A DNA stretch of 20,000 bases, taken from IMG/VR virus record IMGVR_UViG_3300012352_000670; one strand, written 5' to 3'. This stretch comes from an uncultured virus (IMG/VR IMGVR_UViG_3300012352_000670). Its lineage: Duplodnaviria > Heunggongvirae > Uroviricota > Caudoviricetes. A program made the translations under genes and the position numbers. Numbering within the stretch: the stretch's first letter is position 1; each line of letters begins with the position of its first letter. Under the pieces are notes generated by a model. The model saw nothing but the letters and a program-made list of their open reading frames with translations, did not search any database and was not told the origin of the DNA. Of the stretch, positions 8,792 through 16,360 are shown one piece after another.

Positions 8792-8873
8792 ATGAGCTAC
8801 TTGGATTCGAACCAAGATTTCAGATTATGTCCTGCATTCAGACCTCTGCGTACTGCCGTTGTACTATAGCTCC
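8792..8873 (-). ncRNA. tRNA-like RNA with expanded, non-canonical anticodon arm (or pseudo-tRNA)
   Basis: GGAGCTA-TA-GTAC-AACGGCA-GTAC-G-CAGA-[GGTCTGAATGCAGGACATAA]-TCTG-AAAT-CTTGG-TTCGAAT-CCAAG-TAGCTCA-T. D and T arms are perfect, six acceptor pairs plus G1:A72, and 20 nt are enclosed by a 4-bp anticodon stem. Confidence 0.75.
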
Positions 8874-8919
8874 AGGTTTGACTTATCTCAGATGCCTCCG
8901 AGACAGTTTCTCTGCCTGT

Positions 8920-8995
8920 TGGAGCCTCAAGCAGGAATTGAACCCGCGACATCCATATTACAAGTATGGCGCTCTACCAACTGAGCTATTGAGGC
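8920..8995 (-). tRNA. trnT: tRNA-Thr(UGU), CCA encoded
   Basis: GCCTCAA-TA-GCTC-AGTTGGTA-GAGC-G-CCATA-CT-TGT-AA-TATGG-ATGTC-GCGGG-TTCAATT-CCTGC-TTGAGGC-T-CCA. Confidence 0.95.
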
Positions 8996-8996
8996 G

Positions 8997-9071
8997 TGGT
9001 GACCCCAGCGAGAATCGAACTCGCCCTGCCGCCGTGAAAGGGCGGTGTTCTAACCGATAAACTATGGGGCC
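8997..9071 (-). tRNA. trnE: tRNA-Glu(UUC), CCA encoded
   Basis: GGCCCCA-TA-GTTT-ATCGGTTA-GAAC-A-CCGCC-CT-TTC-AC-GGCGG-CAGG-GCGAG-TTCGATT-CTCGC-TGGGGTC-A-CCA. Confidence 0.95.
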
Positions 9072-9075
9072 ATCG

Positions 9076-9149
9076 CGATCCTGACGGGACTTGAACCCGC
9101 GACCTCCGCCGTGACAGGGCGGCGCGCTAACCAACTGCGCTACAGGACC
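9076..9149 (-). tRNA. trnD: tRNA-Asp(GUC), CCA not encoded
   Basis: GGTCCTG-TA-GCGC-AGTTGGTTA-GCGC-G-CCGCC-CT-GTC-AC-GGCGG-AGGTC-GCGGG-TTCAAGT-CCCGT-CAGGATC-G. Confidence 0.95.
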
Positions 9150-9164
9150 TTTTTAGTTGTTTAG

Positions 9165-10127
9165 TTATTCTAGTTCAAGATCTTGTGTAAGTAAAGTCAA
9201 AGCCAAAACGGCCTGCTGTGGGCAAACCCCGTTTCCAGCGAGTTTCAATTCTGCAGTGCGTGAAAGACCGTGTCCGGTGATCCATCCGTCCGGGAGCCCC
9301 ATCATCCATTCCGTCAGCTTCGAACTGAGCCTATGTGTCCCATTTTTGCCAGTAGGTTCAGTGGGCGCAGGAGCAGGGCGTCCAGTGACTCGCTCCCAAC
9401 GACGAATAGCAGGTTCGAACTTACCCCACGAAATGTCGGTAACTTCACCACTATTGATTACAGCACGAGCAACGGTGTCTACCTGAACAATACCGTCACG
9501 CTCATGAGGGACACTGCCATCTTTATGGTCACGGGTTGTTGGTGTTGGGAGGTTGTTAATTACCTCCACTTGATCTTCCAAGCGAGACTTAGGTGCGCCA
9601 GTTGCAACTTGAATAGAACTAGAGCCGTTAGCAGAACTCGTGCGTGGAGTGCCAAGCAGATACGGGATGTCACGAAGTGCAGGACCGTACCCAGCACCGC
9701 TCTTCTTGCGATCATCTGGATGCATAGCCCCAGCGCGATCCATAACCATAGGAGTCGGCAGCTTAGCGATAGCATCTGGAACAGGTAGCCCATTTTCATA
9801 TGCCAACTGAGCCATCTGGTCACGAACCATGAGCATACGATTTTTAGCGCGTGCTACATCCTCGCGGATAGCACCGCCCTCTCCCTCAATTGCTGAAGGA
9901 GTACGAAGCATTGATTCTTCAGGAATCTCGTCTAATTGCGAGGATGAATACTCGGAACCGTTCATGAGGAGCGCCCGCGGCGGAAGCTGGTACGCCTTGC
10001 CACCTTGCGTCATACCCGAGCTGGGCCAGGTCGCCGAGTACAGCACCCATGGCCCTAAGAGCTGGTTCTCCTGATTTCGCAACCATATACTCTTCTCCGA
10101 GTTCCACGTCGCTATATGCTTTTCCAC
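9165..10127 (-). CDS. DNA (cytosine-5) methyltransferase, C-terminal subunit (variable region plus motifs IX-X)
   Basis: C-terminus RLSSKLTEWMMGLPDGW...RTAELKLAGNGVCPQQA matches C5-MTase motifs IX/X, with repeated L[PRG]TP units upstream. The start is uncertain (GTG with AGAGGG upstream, inside the N-terminal gene). Confidence 0.82.
   Translation of the reverse strand: MEKHIATWNSEKSIWLRNQENQLLGPWVLYSATWPSSGMTQGGKAYQLPPRALLMNGSEYSSSQLDEIPEESMLRTPSAIEGEGGAIREDVARAKNRMLMVRDQMAQLAYENGLPVPDAIAKLPTPMVMDRAGAMHPDDRKKSGAGYGPALRDIPYLLGTPRTSSANGSSSIQVATGAPKSRLEDQVEVINNLPTPTTRDHKDGSVPHERDGIVQVDTVARAVINSGEVTDISWGKFEPAIRRWERVTGRPAPAPTEPTGKNGTHRLSSKLTEWMMGLPDGWITGHGLSRTAELKLAGNGVCPQQAVLALTLLTQDLELE
9167..9195 (-). 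promoter_or_regulatory. Candidate promoter for the tRNA cluster
   Basis: TTTACT-17 nt-TAGAAT on the minus strand, overlapping the methyltransferase stop and just upstream of tRNA-Asp. Confidence 0.4.
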
Positions 10128-10485
10128 TCAACAACCCTCTTACGTTCTCAATCACTACATACTTAGGCGACAAAATTCGAATCGCCTCGGCGAACTCTGA
10201 CCATAGTCCTGATCGAGTTCCGTCTTTTAATCCAGCGCGACCACCAGCTAGGCTGAGGTCCTGACACGGAAATCCACCACAAAGAACATCTACTGGTTCG
10301 ACTGACTTCCAGTCAACCTTAGTTACGTCTCGATAGTTAGGGACTCCAGGGAAGTTAGCTGCTAAAACCTTTGATGGAGCATCTTCCCATTCACAGTGCC
10401 AGACAACATCTCCGTTGAATACCTGAGATACTGCCATGTCTAGGCCACCATAGCCACTAAACAAGGAACCGATTTTTAAAGTCAT
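9919..10485 (-). CDS. DNA (cytosine-5) methyltransferase, N-terminal catalytic subunit (motifs I-VIII)
   Basis: SLFSGYGG (I), GGFPCQD (IV), IENVRG (VI), PHERFRVF (VIII), then a stop; TGC-TAGGGT 7 nt before the ATG. Confidence 0.92.
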   Translation of the reverse strand: MTLKIGSLFSGYGGLDMAVSQVFNGDVVWHCEWEDAPSKVLAANFPGVPNYRDVTKVDWKSVEPVDVLCGGFPCQDLSLAGGRAGLKDGTRSGLWSEFAEAIRILSPKYVVIENVRGLLSGKAYSDVELGEEYMVAKSGEPALRAMGAVLGDLAQLGYDARWQGVPASAAGAPHERFRVFILAIRRDS

Positions 10486-10503
10486 AAGCTATACCCTAGC
10501 AGA

Positions 10504-10824
10504 CTACTGAAGAATAAATCCAGCAGGGTTGCGAGAATGCTTCTTTGCCAACTTATATAGAGCCATGATCTGCTCTTCTGGTTCGCTAATAACCTCAATC
10601 AGTCCAATTGATGCCCACGGCAAAAAATAAAACTCTGGGTCAGTTGGATAAAGCATTAGACCAAGTCCATTTGCATTTTCATAAAGAACCAGCCCGCCGT
10701 CAATATATCCGGTGTAGCCCTCTTTATATTCAAATTTCACACACTTGCCCACTAGATTCTCGCTAGCAATCTGAGCAGAGACTGCCTCGATGATCTCTAG
10801 AGCGCGTTCATTTACACTTTCCAT
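10504..10824 (-). CDS. Hypothetical protein
   Basis: GAAAGGA RBS and an upstream TAGTAT; fills the gap in the minus-strand gene array. Confidence 0.75.
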   Translation of the reverse strand: MESVNERALEIIEAVSAQIASENLVGKCVKFEYKEGYTGYIDGGLVLYENANGLGLMLYPTDPEFYFLPWASIGLIEVISEPEEQIMALYKLAKKHSRNPAGFILQ

Positions 10825-10863
10825 GTGGATCCTTTCATTAGATTTTCATACTACTGAATTAGT

Positions 10864-10892
10864 TTGCTTTTTGCAACATACACCTATAGAGT
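10864..10892 (+). promoter_or_regulatory. Sigma70-type leaderless promoter
   Basis: TTGCTT-17 nt-TAGAGT-6 nt-ATG(10899). Confidence 0.6.
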
Positions 10893-10898
10893 TATTCC

Positions 10899-11417
10899 AT
10901 GACTACAAATGACGACATCCGAGAGGCTCACTACAAAGAGCAACTCGAAGGAGCCCAAGCTCAAGCCAAAGACATCAGCGATACCATCGCGGAAGTCTTC
11001 ACTGAAAGTGGTGAAATGCAAGCAGCTTTCATCAATGACGAGGCAACCTATAGCGTTGCCGATACCTACTTAGGTGAGCGTATGCCTTGGTTTAGGAATG
11101 GAGAGACCTTCTGGAGCTACGTGGAAGAGGGCAATATCTTTGCGGATGAGCACCTAGATTTTGACCACCCGTCTCTTTGGATGGTTTCTCTGTCAAAGCC
11201 AAACACTCTAATGTGCCCAGCTTGCGCCTATACATACGGCTTGAGCCACGCCAAAGAGAATCCTTCTAAATGTGACAACTGCGAAACCGATGGACACGTG
11301 GAGTTCCAAGAGGTGCTAATTCGCGCAAATAACACTATTATTGTTGGTAACGTATGTAACGACTGTTCAGATAAGCACATCGCTTCGCTGAAGAAATTGG
11401 AGAGTAAAAATGGTTAA
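10899..11417 (+). CDS. Hypothetical protein with three CxxC motifs (putative zinc-binding)
   Basis: CPAC, CDNC and CNDC; has its own promoter; overlaps the next gene by 8 nt. Confidence 0.8.
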   Translation: MTTNDDIREAHYKEQLEGAQAQAKDISDTIAEVFTESGEMQAAFINDEATYSVADTYLGERMPWFRNGETFWSYVEEGNIFADEHLDFDHPSLWMVSLSKPNTLMCPACAYTYGLSHAKENPSKCDNCETDGHVEFQEVLIRANNTIIVGNVCNDCSDKHIASLKKLESKNG

Positions 11418-11718
11418 CATTAATCCTCGAGCTGGACTCATGCGCGGTGTTCGTCTATGGCCAGACCCAGACAAGATCCTATACAGCCCATTTGAAGAAA
11501 ACGGCCAGACTCTAGGTTACGTGCTAGTCTACGGCGAAGAAGCTCCGTCAGTCTTTGATGGAACAACTTGGCACCCAGTTATTGAGAATGTAGATCAGTG
11601 GCCAGAGATGTTGCCACTAATTTCGGAGCAGTACTACAAGATCGTCGAGCACGCAGAAAAGAACGAAGCCTACAAGCAGCTAGCTGGTTTTGTTACTGGA
11701 GCGTCCTACGCAGGTTAG
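11410..11718 (+). CDS. Hypothetical protein
   Basis: GGAGAG RBS; its stop overlaps the stop of the convergent gene at 11715. Confidence 0.75.
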   Translation: MVNINPRAGLMRGVRLWPDPDKILYSPFEENGQTLGYVLVYGEEAPSVFDGTTWHPVIENVDQWPEMLPLISEQYYKIVEHAEKNEAYKQLAGFVTGASYAG

Positions 11719-12164
11719 TCGAAGTAGTGATGGCCAAACCCTTGGCCTTCACACTCTTCACACTCTGAGTCGTAAGAGTCCTCGTCGTCATTTTCTCCGT
11801 CAGGATTGCACTTAGAGCATGGCAAGTATGCTGATGCGTTTACCCAGCTAGTTGCATCACCCTCGTGCGCTACCTTTGCAATGTGAAAATAAAAAGATTG
11901 CCAGCAACCACAACCACTTGCTTTTTGATCGTGTAGAGGAAAGTCACCAAAAACACTCAGCCCAGGGCTTAGCATCTCATCTTCGCATGTTCCATGCTGA
12001 GTCCAAACCAGACCTTTATTGTCTAGTTTCTCCAGCATTTTGTATTCTGACTCGGTGATTTCTGAATACTCCACTGATTTGTCAAAATCAATCCCGTAGT
12101 CTTTAGCCCATTTGTCATAAATATCTTGATACTCGGATGCTGGAATTTCCCAATTAGTTGACAT
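11715..12164 (-). CDS. Hypothetical acidic, Cys-rich protein
   Basis: CSKC...CEECEGQG (DnaJ-like CxxCxGxG remnant); abuts the upstream stop; GAGG RBS. Confidence 0.75.
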   Translation of the reverse strand: MSTNWEIPASEYQDIYDKWAKDYGIDFDKSVEYSEITESEYKMLEKLDNKGLVWTQHGTCEDEMLSPGLSVFGDFPLHDQKASGCGCWQSFYFHIAKVAHEGDATSWVNASAYLPCSKCNPDGENDDEDSYDSECEECEGQGFGHHYFD

Positions 12165-12503
12165 TTACTGAGAGACCTCTTCGTTCTTTTTGTCTTTTAG
12201 TTTTTGCTTGTATTCAGCTGCGAGATTTTCTACAGTCTGGTTTTTATAGTGCACTCGCTTGACTCGATCAGGTCGGAAGCTACGGCAATTCTCGGCACCC
12301 TTAGGGCCGCCCCAAACGTCAATCCACTGAACACCATTGTGATTGGTGACATGCTGAATAAATCGAAAGCGTCCACGCTCTCCAGTAATTTTTAGTTCGG
12401 TCCCGGGCGAGACATTACGCCCATTGATCTGAATATCTTTTTCATAGACCCACAAGTCATTCGGCTTTGGTCCGGTACTTACCGACTTCTTTTTACGCCC
12501 CAC
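12165..12503 (-). CDS. Hypothetical basic protein (SH3-like barrel predicted)
   Basis: AAGGAAG RBS before GTG; PGTELKITGERGRFRF..WIDVWG..RSFRPDRV pattern. Confidence 0.75.
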   Translation of the reverse strand: MGRKKKSVSTGPKPNDLWVYEKDIQINGRNVSPGTELKITGERGRFRFIQHVTNHNGVQWIDVWGGPKGAENCRSFRPDRVKRVHYKNQTVENLAAEYKQKLKDKKNEEVSQ

Positions 12504-12505
12504 GA

Positions 12506-12850
12506 TTATTCTTCCTTAGTCAGCCATTCCACAACTTCTGGGTTGTCCTTGAGAAAGGCTAACATACCAGCTTCGAATACACCAATGAAATGGTGCTCCC
12601 AAGTTTCATAGTCGTCTTTTTTGCCGGGCTTCTTCATGCCATCAAAAACCATACGAATAGCGTGCATGACTTCATGTAGGAGCGTCTGCTGCTTTTTACT
12701 TACAGACATGCTCTTATCAAGAACGATCAAATTACCCTGGTCTAGGGTGTATCCGTAATTAGCTTCATTGAGCGTTCCGTCTTCCTTGGGATCACGCTCT
12801 ACTACGTTATATAGCTGTCCAGCTATCTTGATTTTCTTCGGGGTTGCCAT
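12506..12850 (-). CDS. Small zincin-like metallopeptidase (HEXXH; ImmA/IrrE-like phage family)
   Basis: TLLHEVMHA with a downstream E (WEHHF); TGG-TATTTT 6 nt before the ATG. Confidence 0.78.
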   Translation of the reverse strand: MATPKKIKIAGQLYNVVERDPKEDGTLNEANYGYTLDQGNLIVLDKSMSVSKKQQTLLHEVMHAIRMVFDGMKKPGKKDDYETWEHHFIGVFEAGMLAFLKDNPEVVEWLTKEE

Positions 12851-12911
12851 ACCAGTAAAATACCACAGATTTTAGATATTTACGGGAGACCTTATTTATA
12901 GGGAAAAAGCC

Positions 12912-13094
12912 CTATTCTTTGTGCCAAACTTGGACACCCATGTACCAGTGGATGATGTCCAAGGTGAAGGATCGATCGTAGTGGTTGTAGTCAAACCCTA
13001 GGCCCCAATGATCCGTAGTTCCTAAATAGAAGTGGACCTTGTTTCCAATGGTCATGGTTAGGGTACCAGCCCAAGTCTTTTCAAACTTAATCAT
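12912..13094 (-). CDS. Hypothetical protein
   Basis: Immediately follows the stop of 13095..13289; AGGA RBS. Confidence 0.65.
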   Translation of the reverse strand: MIKFEKTWAGTLTMTIGNKVHFYLGTTDHWGLGFDYNHYDRSFTLDIIHWYMGVQVWHKE

Positions 13095-13289
13095 TTAGTC
13101 CTGCTTATTCTCAAACTTACACAAATGGTATCCGCCCCAAACTTCGCACTTATACCAAGATAGCTTTATACCAAAACGCTCTTGAGTCTTGAGAACCACA
13201 TTGAGCACGGTAGTTGGATCTCCATAAATCATTTTGTTTTTGTGCGCACTACACCGATTTGTGTAGCTGCCATCTAGTTTAAATGGCAC
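13095..13289 (-). CDS. Hypothetical protein (YxC..GG.YHL zinc-ribbon-like phage motif)
   Basis: GGAGAG RBS before GTG; C..HK...WYKCEVWGGYHLC. Confidence 0.65.
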   Translation of the reverse strand: MPFKLDGSYTNRCSAHKNKMIYGDPTTVLNVVLKTQERFGIKLSWYKCEVWGGYHLCKFENKQD

Positions 13290-13291
13290 GG

Positions 13292-13762
13292 CTACTCTCC
13301 ATTAGCTTTGTCCCTAAACCTTTTAGGGGGCCAAACCTGGGTAGTCTCACCGTTCTTCAGCTCATAGATAGTGGTTTTATCTTTGACAACTTCCCAAACA
13401 TCACTTGCCATTTCATTGGCCTCTGCGATGTCTGCTTCAGACGGATTGTATGCCATGGCTTCAGCGTGCCAATCCCTCATTGCATCAAGTGCTTGATCTA
13501 CTGATTCGAAGTAGTGGCTTCGTTGTCCAAAGTTAGGGTAAGAAGGAGTATCACTTGCAACTACATACGAGTAGATATTTACACTAATTGTCGGTTCCAC
13601 CGGACCATCTTGCCTATCCCAGACAGTGCCTAATCCAAGTTCGATGGAGACATTACCGTCGCCACTTTTAGCATGACCATCAAATTTATGTAGATGCCAA
13701 AAAGCTTCATCATGAAGTCGAGCAATTTCTTTTGCCTTATCAAGATCATCCTGAGAAATCAT
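13292..13762 (-). CDS. Hypothetical protein
   Basis: AAGGAG RBS; ATGA overlap with the upstream small ORF. Confidence 0.8.
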   Translation of the reverse strand: MISQDDLDKAKEIARLHDEAFWHLHKFDGHAKSGDGNVSIELGLGTVWDRQDGPVEPTISVNIYSYVVASDTPSYPNFGQRSHYFESVDQALDAMRDWHAEAMAYNPSEADIAEANEMASDVWEVVKDKTTIYELKNGETTQVWPPKRFRDKANGE

Positions 13763-13878
13763 TCTGACTCCTTTTCCTTAGAGTGGCATTCACAGCCACA
13801 AAAAACATCAGCTGAAGGTAGTTTAATAATACAAGTCTCATGATGACCAGTTAAGCACCACCCAAATTTAGTTGCCAT
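13759..13878 (-). CDS. Small Cys/His-rich protein (39 aa)
   Basis: Not in the ORF track. MATKFGWCLTGHHETCIIKLPSADVFCGCECHSKEKESE has C-x3-H..C..CxCxCH, exactly fills the gap and overlaps both neighbours. Confidence 0.7.
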   Translation of the reverse strand: MATKFGWCLTGHHETCIIKLPSADVFCGCECHSKEKESE

Positions 13879-14191
13879 TGTCAACACCAAACGCTTCTCT
13901 AAGCATCTTTTTTTGTCGAGCTTCTTGCTCTGGTGTCCTTACGTAAGGTTCAATGGGGGCGTCCAGATCTTCGTATTCTTTCTCGATCCGACTCCGAGCG
14001 CCGCCAATATCGTCGCCAGCTGCTTCATGATCATCCAAATGAGCCAAGGCTTCCCTAGGAGTTTTAAGATTGGCAAATCCAACGTCTTCATACTCTTCAG
14101 GCTCTGTTAGTCGACAACCGCAACATTGAATGAACCCACTAGCGTGCTCAAAAATATAGATATCTGAGCTACTCATTCGTTCAAAGCTCAT
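13868..14191 (-). CDS. Hypothetical protein (CCGC motif)
   Basis: Start moved to ATG 14191 (TAATG coupling with the upstream stop): MSFERMSSSDIYIFEH..IQCCGCRL..AHLDDH. Confidence 0.75.
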   Translation of the reverse strand: MSFERMSSSDIYIFEHASGFIQCCGCRLTEPEEYEDVGFANLKTPREALAHLDDHEAAGDDIGGARSRIEKEYEDLDAPIEPYVRTPEQEARQKKMLREAFGVDNGN

Positions 14192-14490
14192 TAGAAGCTC
14201 CCACATTCTGGACAACCGACGCAATCTTCATAGTCATCCATGTTTTCAATGTAGTTGCTAGCAGTAGTTAGCCCAGCAACAATTCCGGCTAAGTCCTCAG
14301 CGATACTACTTCCAGATGGTAGAGAAAACATAAGCTGCACTACTTGGCCTCGGCGACGCTCTAATTCGGCCAATACCGCGTTCTTGAAGTGATGAGCACC
14401 TTCCGCCTGATTTTCTAGTGCAAATTCATCAAACTCATCCATCGTGAAATCACGATAGATCTTGCGCTCTTCTTTCTTATTCTTTGCCAT
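14191..14490 (-). CDS. Hypothetical protein with C-terminal CxxCxxC
   Basis: GAGGAG RBS; ends DCVGCPECGSF. Confidence 0.75.
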   Translation of the reverse strand: MAKNKKEERKIYRDFTMDEFDEFALENQAEGAHHFKNAVLAELERRRGQVVQLMFSLPSGSSIAEDLAGIVAGLTTASNYIENMDDYEDCVGCPECGSF

Positions 14491-14746
14491 CAGATAGCTC
14501 CTCTAGACGAGACTTGTCGCTGTACATTAGGCGTAAGAAATCAGTAACGCTAAGAGTGATTTCATCACGAATGTAGTTGCCAGGCTCCATCTCGATACGG
14601 CTTGAGTAGTGCAACACGAACTCTCGGATTCGATCACGCTCGTTATATTTGCCAGTGTCCATTACAACTCGAACAGCCAATTCCTGAGCCTCCGTCATAT
14701 CTTCTAGGGTAATAGTTTCTAGTTTTGGATTTTCTGCGTCTGCCAT
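14477..14746 (-). CDS. Hypothetical protein
   Basis: AGGA RBS; tightly packed in the operon. Confidence 0.75.
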   Translation of the reverse strand: MADAENPKLETITLEDMTEAQELAVRVVMDTGKYNERDRIREFVLHYSSRIEMEPGNYIRDEITLSVTDFLRLMYSDKSRLEELSDGKE

Positions 14747-14749
14747 TTT

Positions 14750-15154
14750 TTATCCTAAGAATTCTAAAGTACCGAACAGGGTGTTTGACACTAGTACAGT
14801 TTTCTTACCATCAGTCCACTGCTCTCCGTCATACCTATATAGATCTGCTTTAGGACTCTGATACCAGCCTAGCTTGTATTCAGGTTTTTCTTCCTCGATA
14901 ACTAGCTCTGGTTCTACTGTAGCCCTAAATTTAGCTTTGCCTGGATCCATAGTTTCACCTGCATTCGGGCCAGACAGTTTATACCACTTACTAGCGCCAC
15001 GAGGGTCACTCTTAATTGCCCATAAACCATCCGAGCGTTTCATTACGTATGCAATATCACCCTCCACCGAGAGGTTAAGTAGCTTTTCTAGGTTCTTATC
15101 AAATACCTCGGTTAGATCTCGTCCAACATGAGGAGTCGAAGTGTATGTAGTCAT
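14750..15154 (-). CDS. Hypothetical protein with C-terminal DUF2510-like WW-type motif
   Basis: GWYQSP..LYRYDGEQWT resembles the actinobacterial GWYpDP..RyWDG.qWT motif; TAATG coupling to the protease gene. Confidence 0.7.
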   Translation of the reverse strand: MTTYTSTPHVGRDLTEVFDKNLEKLLNLSVEGDIAYVMKRSDGLWAIKSDPRGASKWYKLSGPNAGETMDPGKAKFRATVEPELVIEEEKPEYKLGWYQSPKADLYRYDGEQWTDGKKTVLVSNTLFGTLEFLG

Positions 15155-16353
15155 TACTTAGTCACCACCATCAAAATCAGGCTTGGAGCACTTGCACCAA
15201 GCGTACCTACTGCTGTTACACGGTAGTACTTCCACACAGAAACATCTGCTGAAGTACCACCAACCTGAGCAACCACTGCCCAAGAATTCTTATTTGAACT
15301 TGCTTCCACCTTGTAAGTCACTGATCCAGCATTCGCGGCGTTCGCAGAAGCCTTCCACGAAATCACATACCCACTGGTTGCCCGAGTCGCTCCAATTCCT
15401 GATACTCGTGCAGGCACTTCTACAGCAGTTGGAGGTGCAATAACAATAGGGGCGTTTACTGGAGTCTGTCCAGACAAGAAAGCTGTATTCAAAAGATAGT
15501 TTCCGTTGGCTGACTTAGCATCAACCACAACACCAGACAACGCGCCAGAGCGTAAAGCGCCCTCGACCTCGGCAGGTTTAGCATTCGGGTTCTTTTCTAG
15601 ATACAGCGCAGCTACACCAGCTACGTGCGGAGTAGCCATAGATGTTCCAGTCATGGTCCTAGATCCGTTAGGGTCATTTAGGTTTTCTGAAACAATTAGA
15701 CCGCCAGGAGCAAAGATATCTACGCAATTACCCCAGCTAGAGGTGTTAGTGCGGTAGTCATTCTTGTTGATACCACCGACAGTAAACGCACGAGAAGCAC
15801 CGCTAGGGCTGAAAAGGCAAGCATCCGAGCCTACGTTAGAGGCCGCGACAACCGGAAGTAGTCCAGCACTGTATAGGCGATCAATGGCAGAATCAACCAA
15901 CTTGTCTTTGCCAATAGTGATGCTGATATTTACAACGCCAGGAGTCCCTGCTTTGTGCGTAGAAATAATCTTGTCAATTCCAGCGACCAAGTTTTTAGAA
16001 GTAACACCACCGCCGCAGTTATCAGTGACCTTGATTGACACAATCTTCACTCCTCGAGCCACGCCAAACTCGGAACTGCCGATAATACCAGCCACGTGAG
16101 TCCCATGGCCTAGGCAGTCAGCGTCTCCAGAGGCACGTCCACCAAATCCAGAGTCAGAGGTGTTGACACCAGAGTCTAAGACATACGCCGTAACCCCCGC
16201 ACCAGTGAGGGCAGGAGCATTATATGAGCCATCTAGGGTGCCATCAATACGATCTAGGCCCCAAGAGGCGGTCACTACAGCCGAAGCTGGCAGAACGGAG
16301 GTGGCTGAAATTACAGCAGCAGCCACGGCTGCGATTACCATGTTTTTCTTCAT
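15154..16353 (-). CDS. Secreted S8 (subtilisin/proteinase K-like) serine protease with C-terminal FN3-like domain
   Basis: Signal peptide ending ASA; catalytic triad motifs VLDSG, GHGTHVAG and GTSMATPHVAG; WGLDRID mature start; no I9 prodomain. Confidence 0.93.
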   Translation of the reverse strand: MKKNMVIAAVAAAVISATSVLPASAVVTASWGLDRIDGTLDGSYNAPALTGAGVTAYVLDSGVNTSDSGFGGRASGDADCLGHGTHVAGIIGSSEFGVARGVKIVSIKVTDNCGGGVTSKNLVAGIDKIISTHKAGTPGVVNISITIGKDKLVDSAIDRLYSAGLLPVVAASNVGSDACLFSPSGASRAFTVGGINKNDYRTNTSSWGNCVDIFAPGGLIVSENLNDPNGSRTMTGTSMATPHVAGVAALYLEKNPNAKPAEVEGALRSGALSGVVVDAKSANGNYLLNTAFLSGQTPVNAPIVIAPPTAVEVPARVSGIGATRATSGYVISWKASANAANAGSVTYKVEASSNKNSWAVVAQVGGTSADVSVWKYYRVTAVGTLGASAPSLILMVVTK

Positions 16354-16360
16354 GGCACTA

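Noticed and set aside
8873..8918. Hammerhead, hairpin or theta ribozyme call for the spacer hairpin
   Set aside because: AGAGAAAC and CTGAGA resemble fragments, but the required CUGANGA/GAAA geometry, the GUAUAUUAC strand and the HDV double pseudoknot are absent.
8827..9060. 77-aa plus-strand ORF (also 7962..8201 and 7889..8080)
   Set aside because: These overlap tRNA genes or oxygenases and have no protein-like features.
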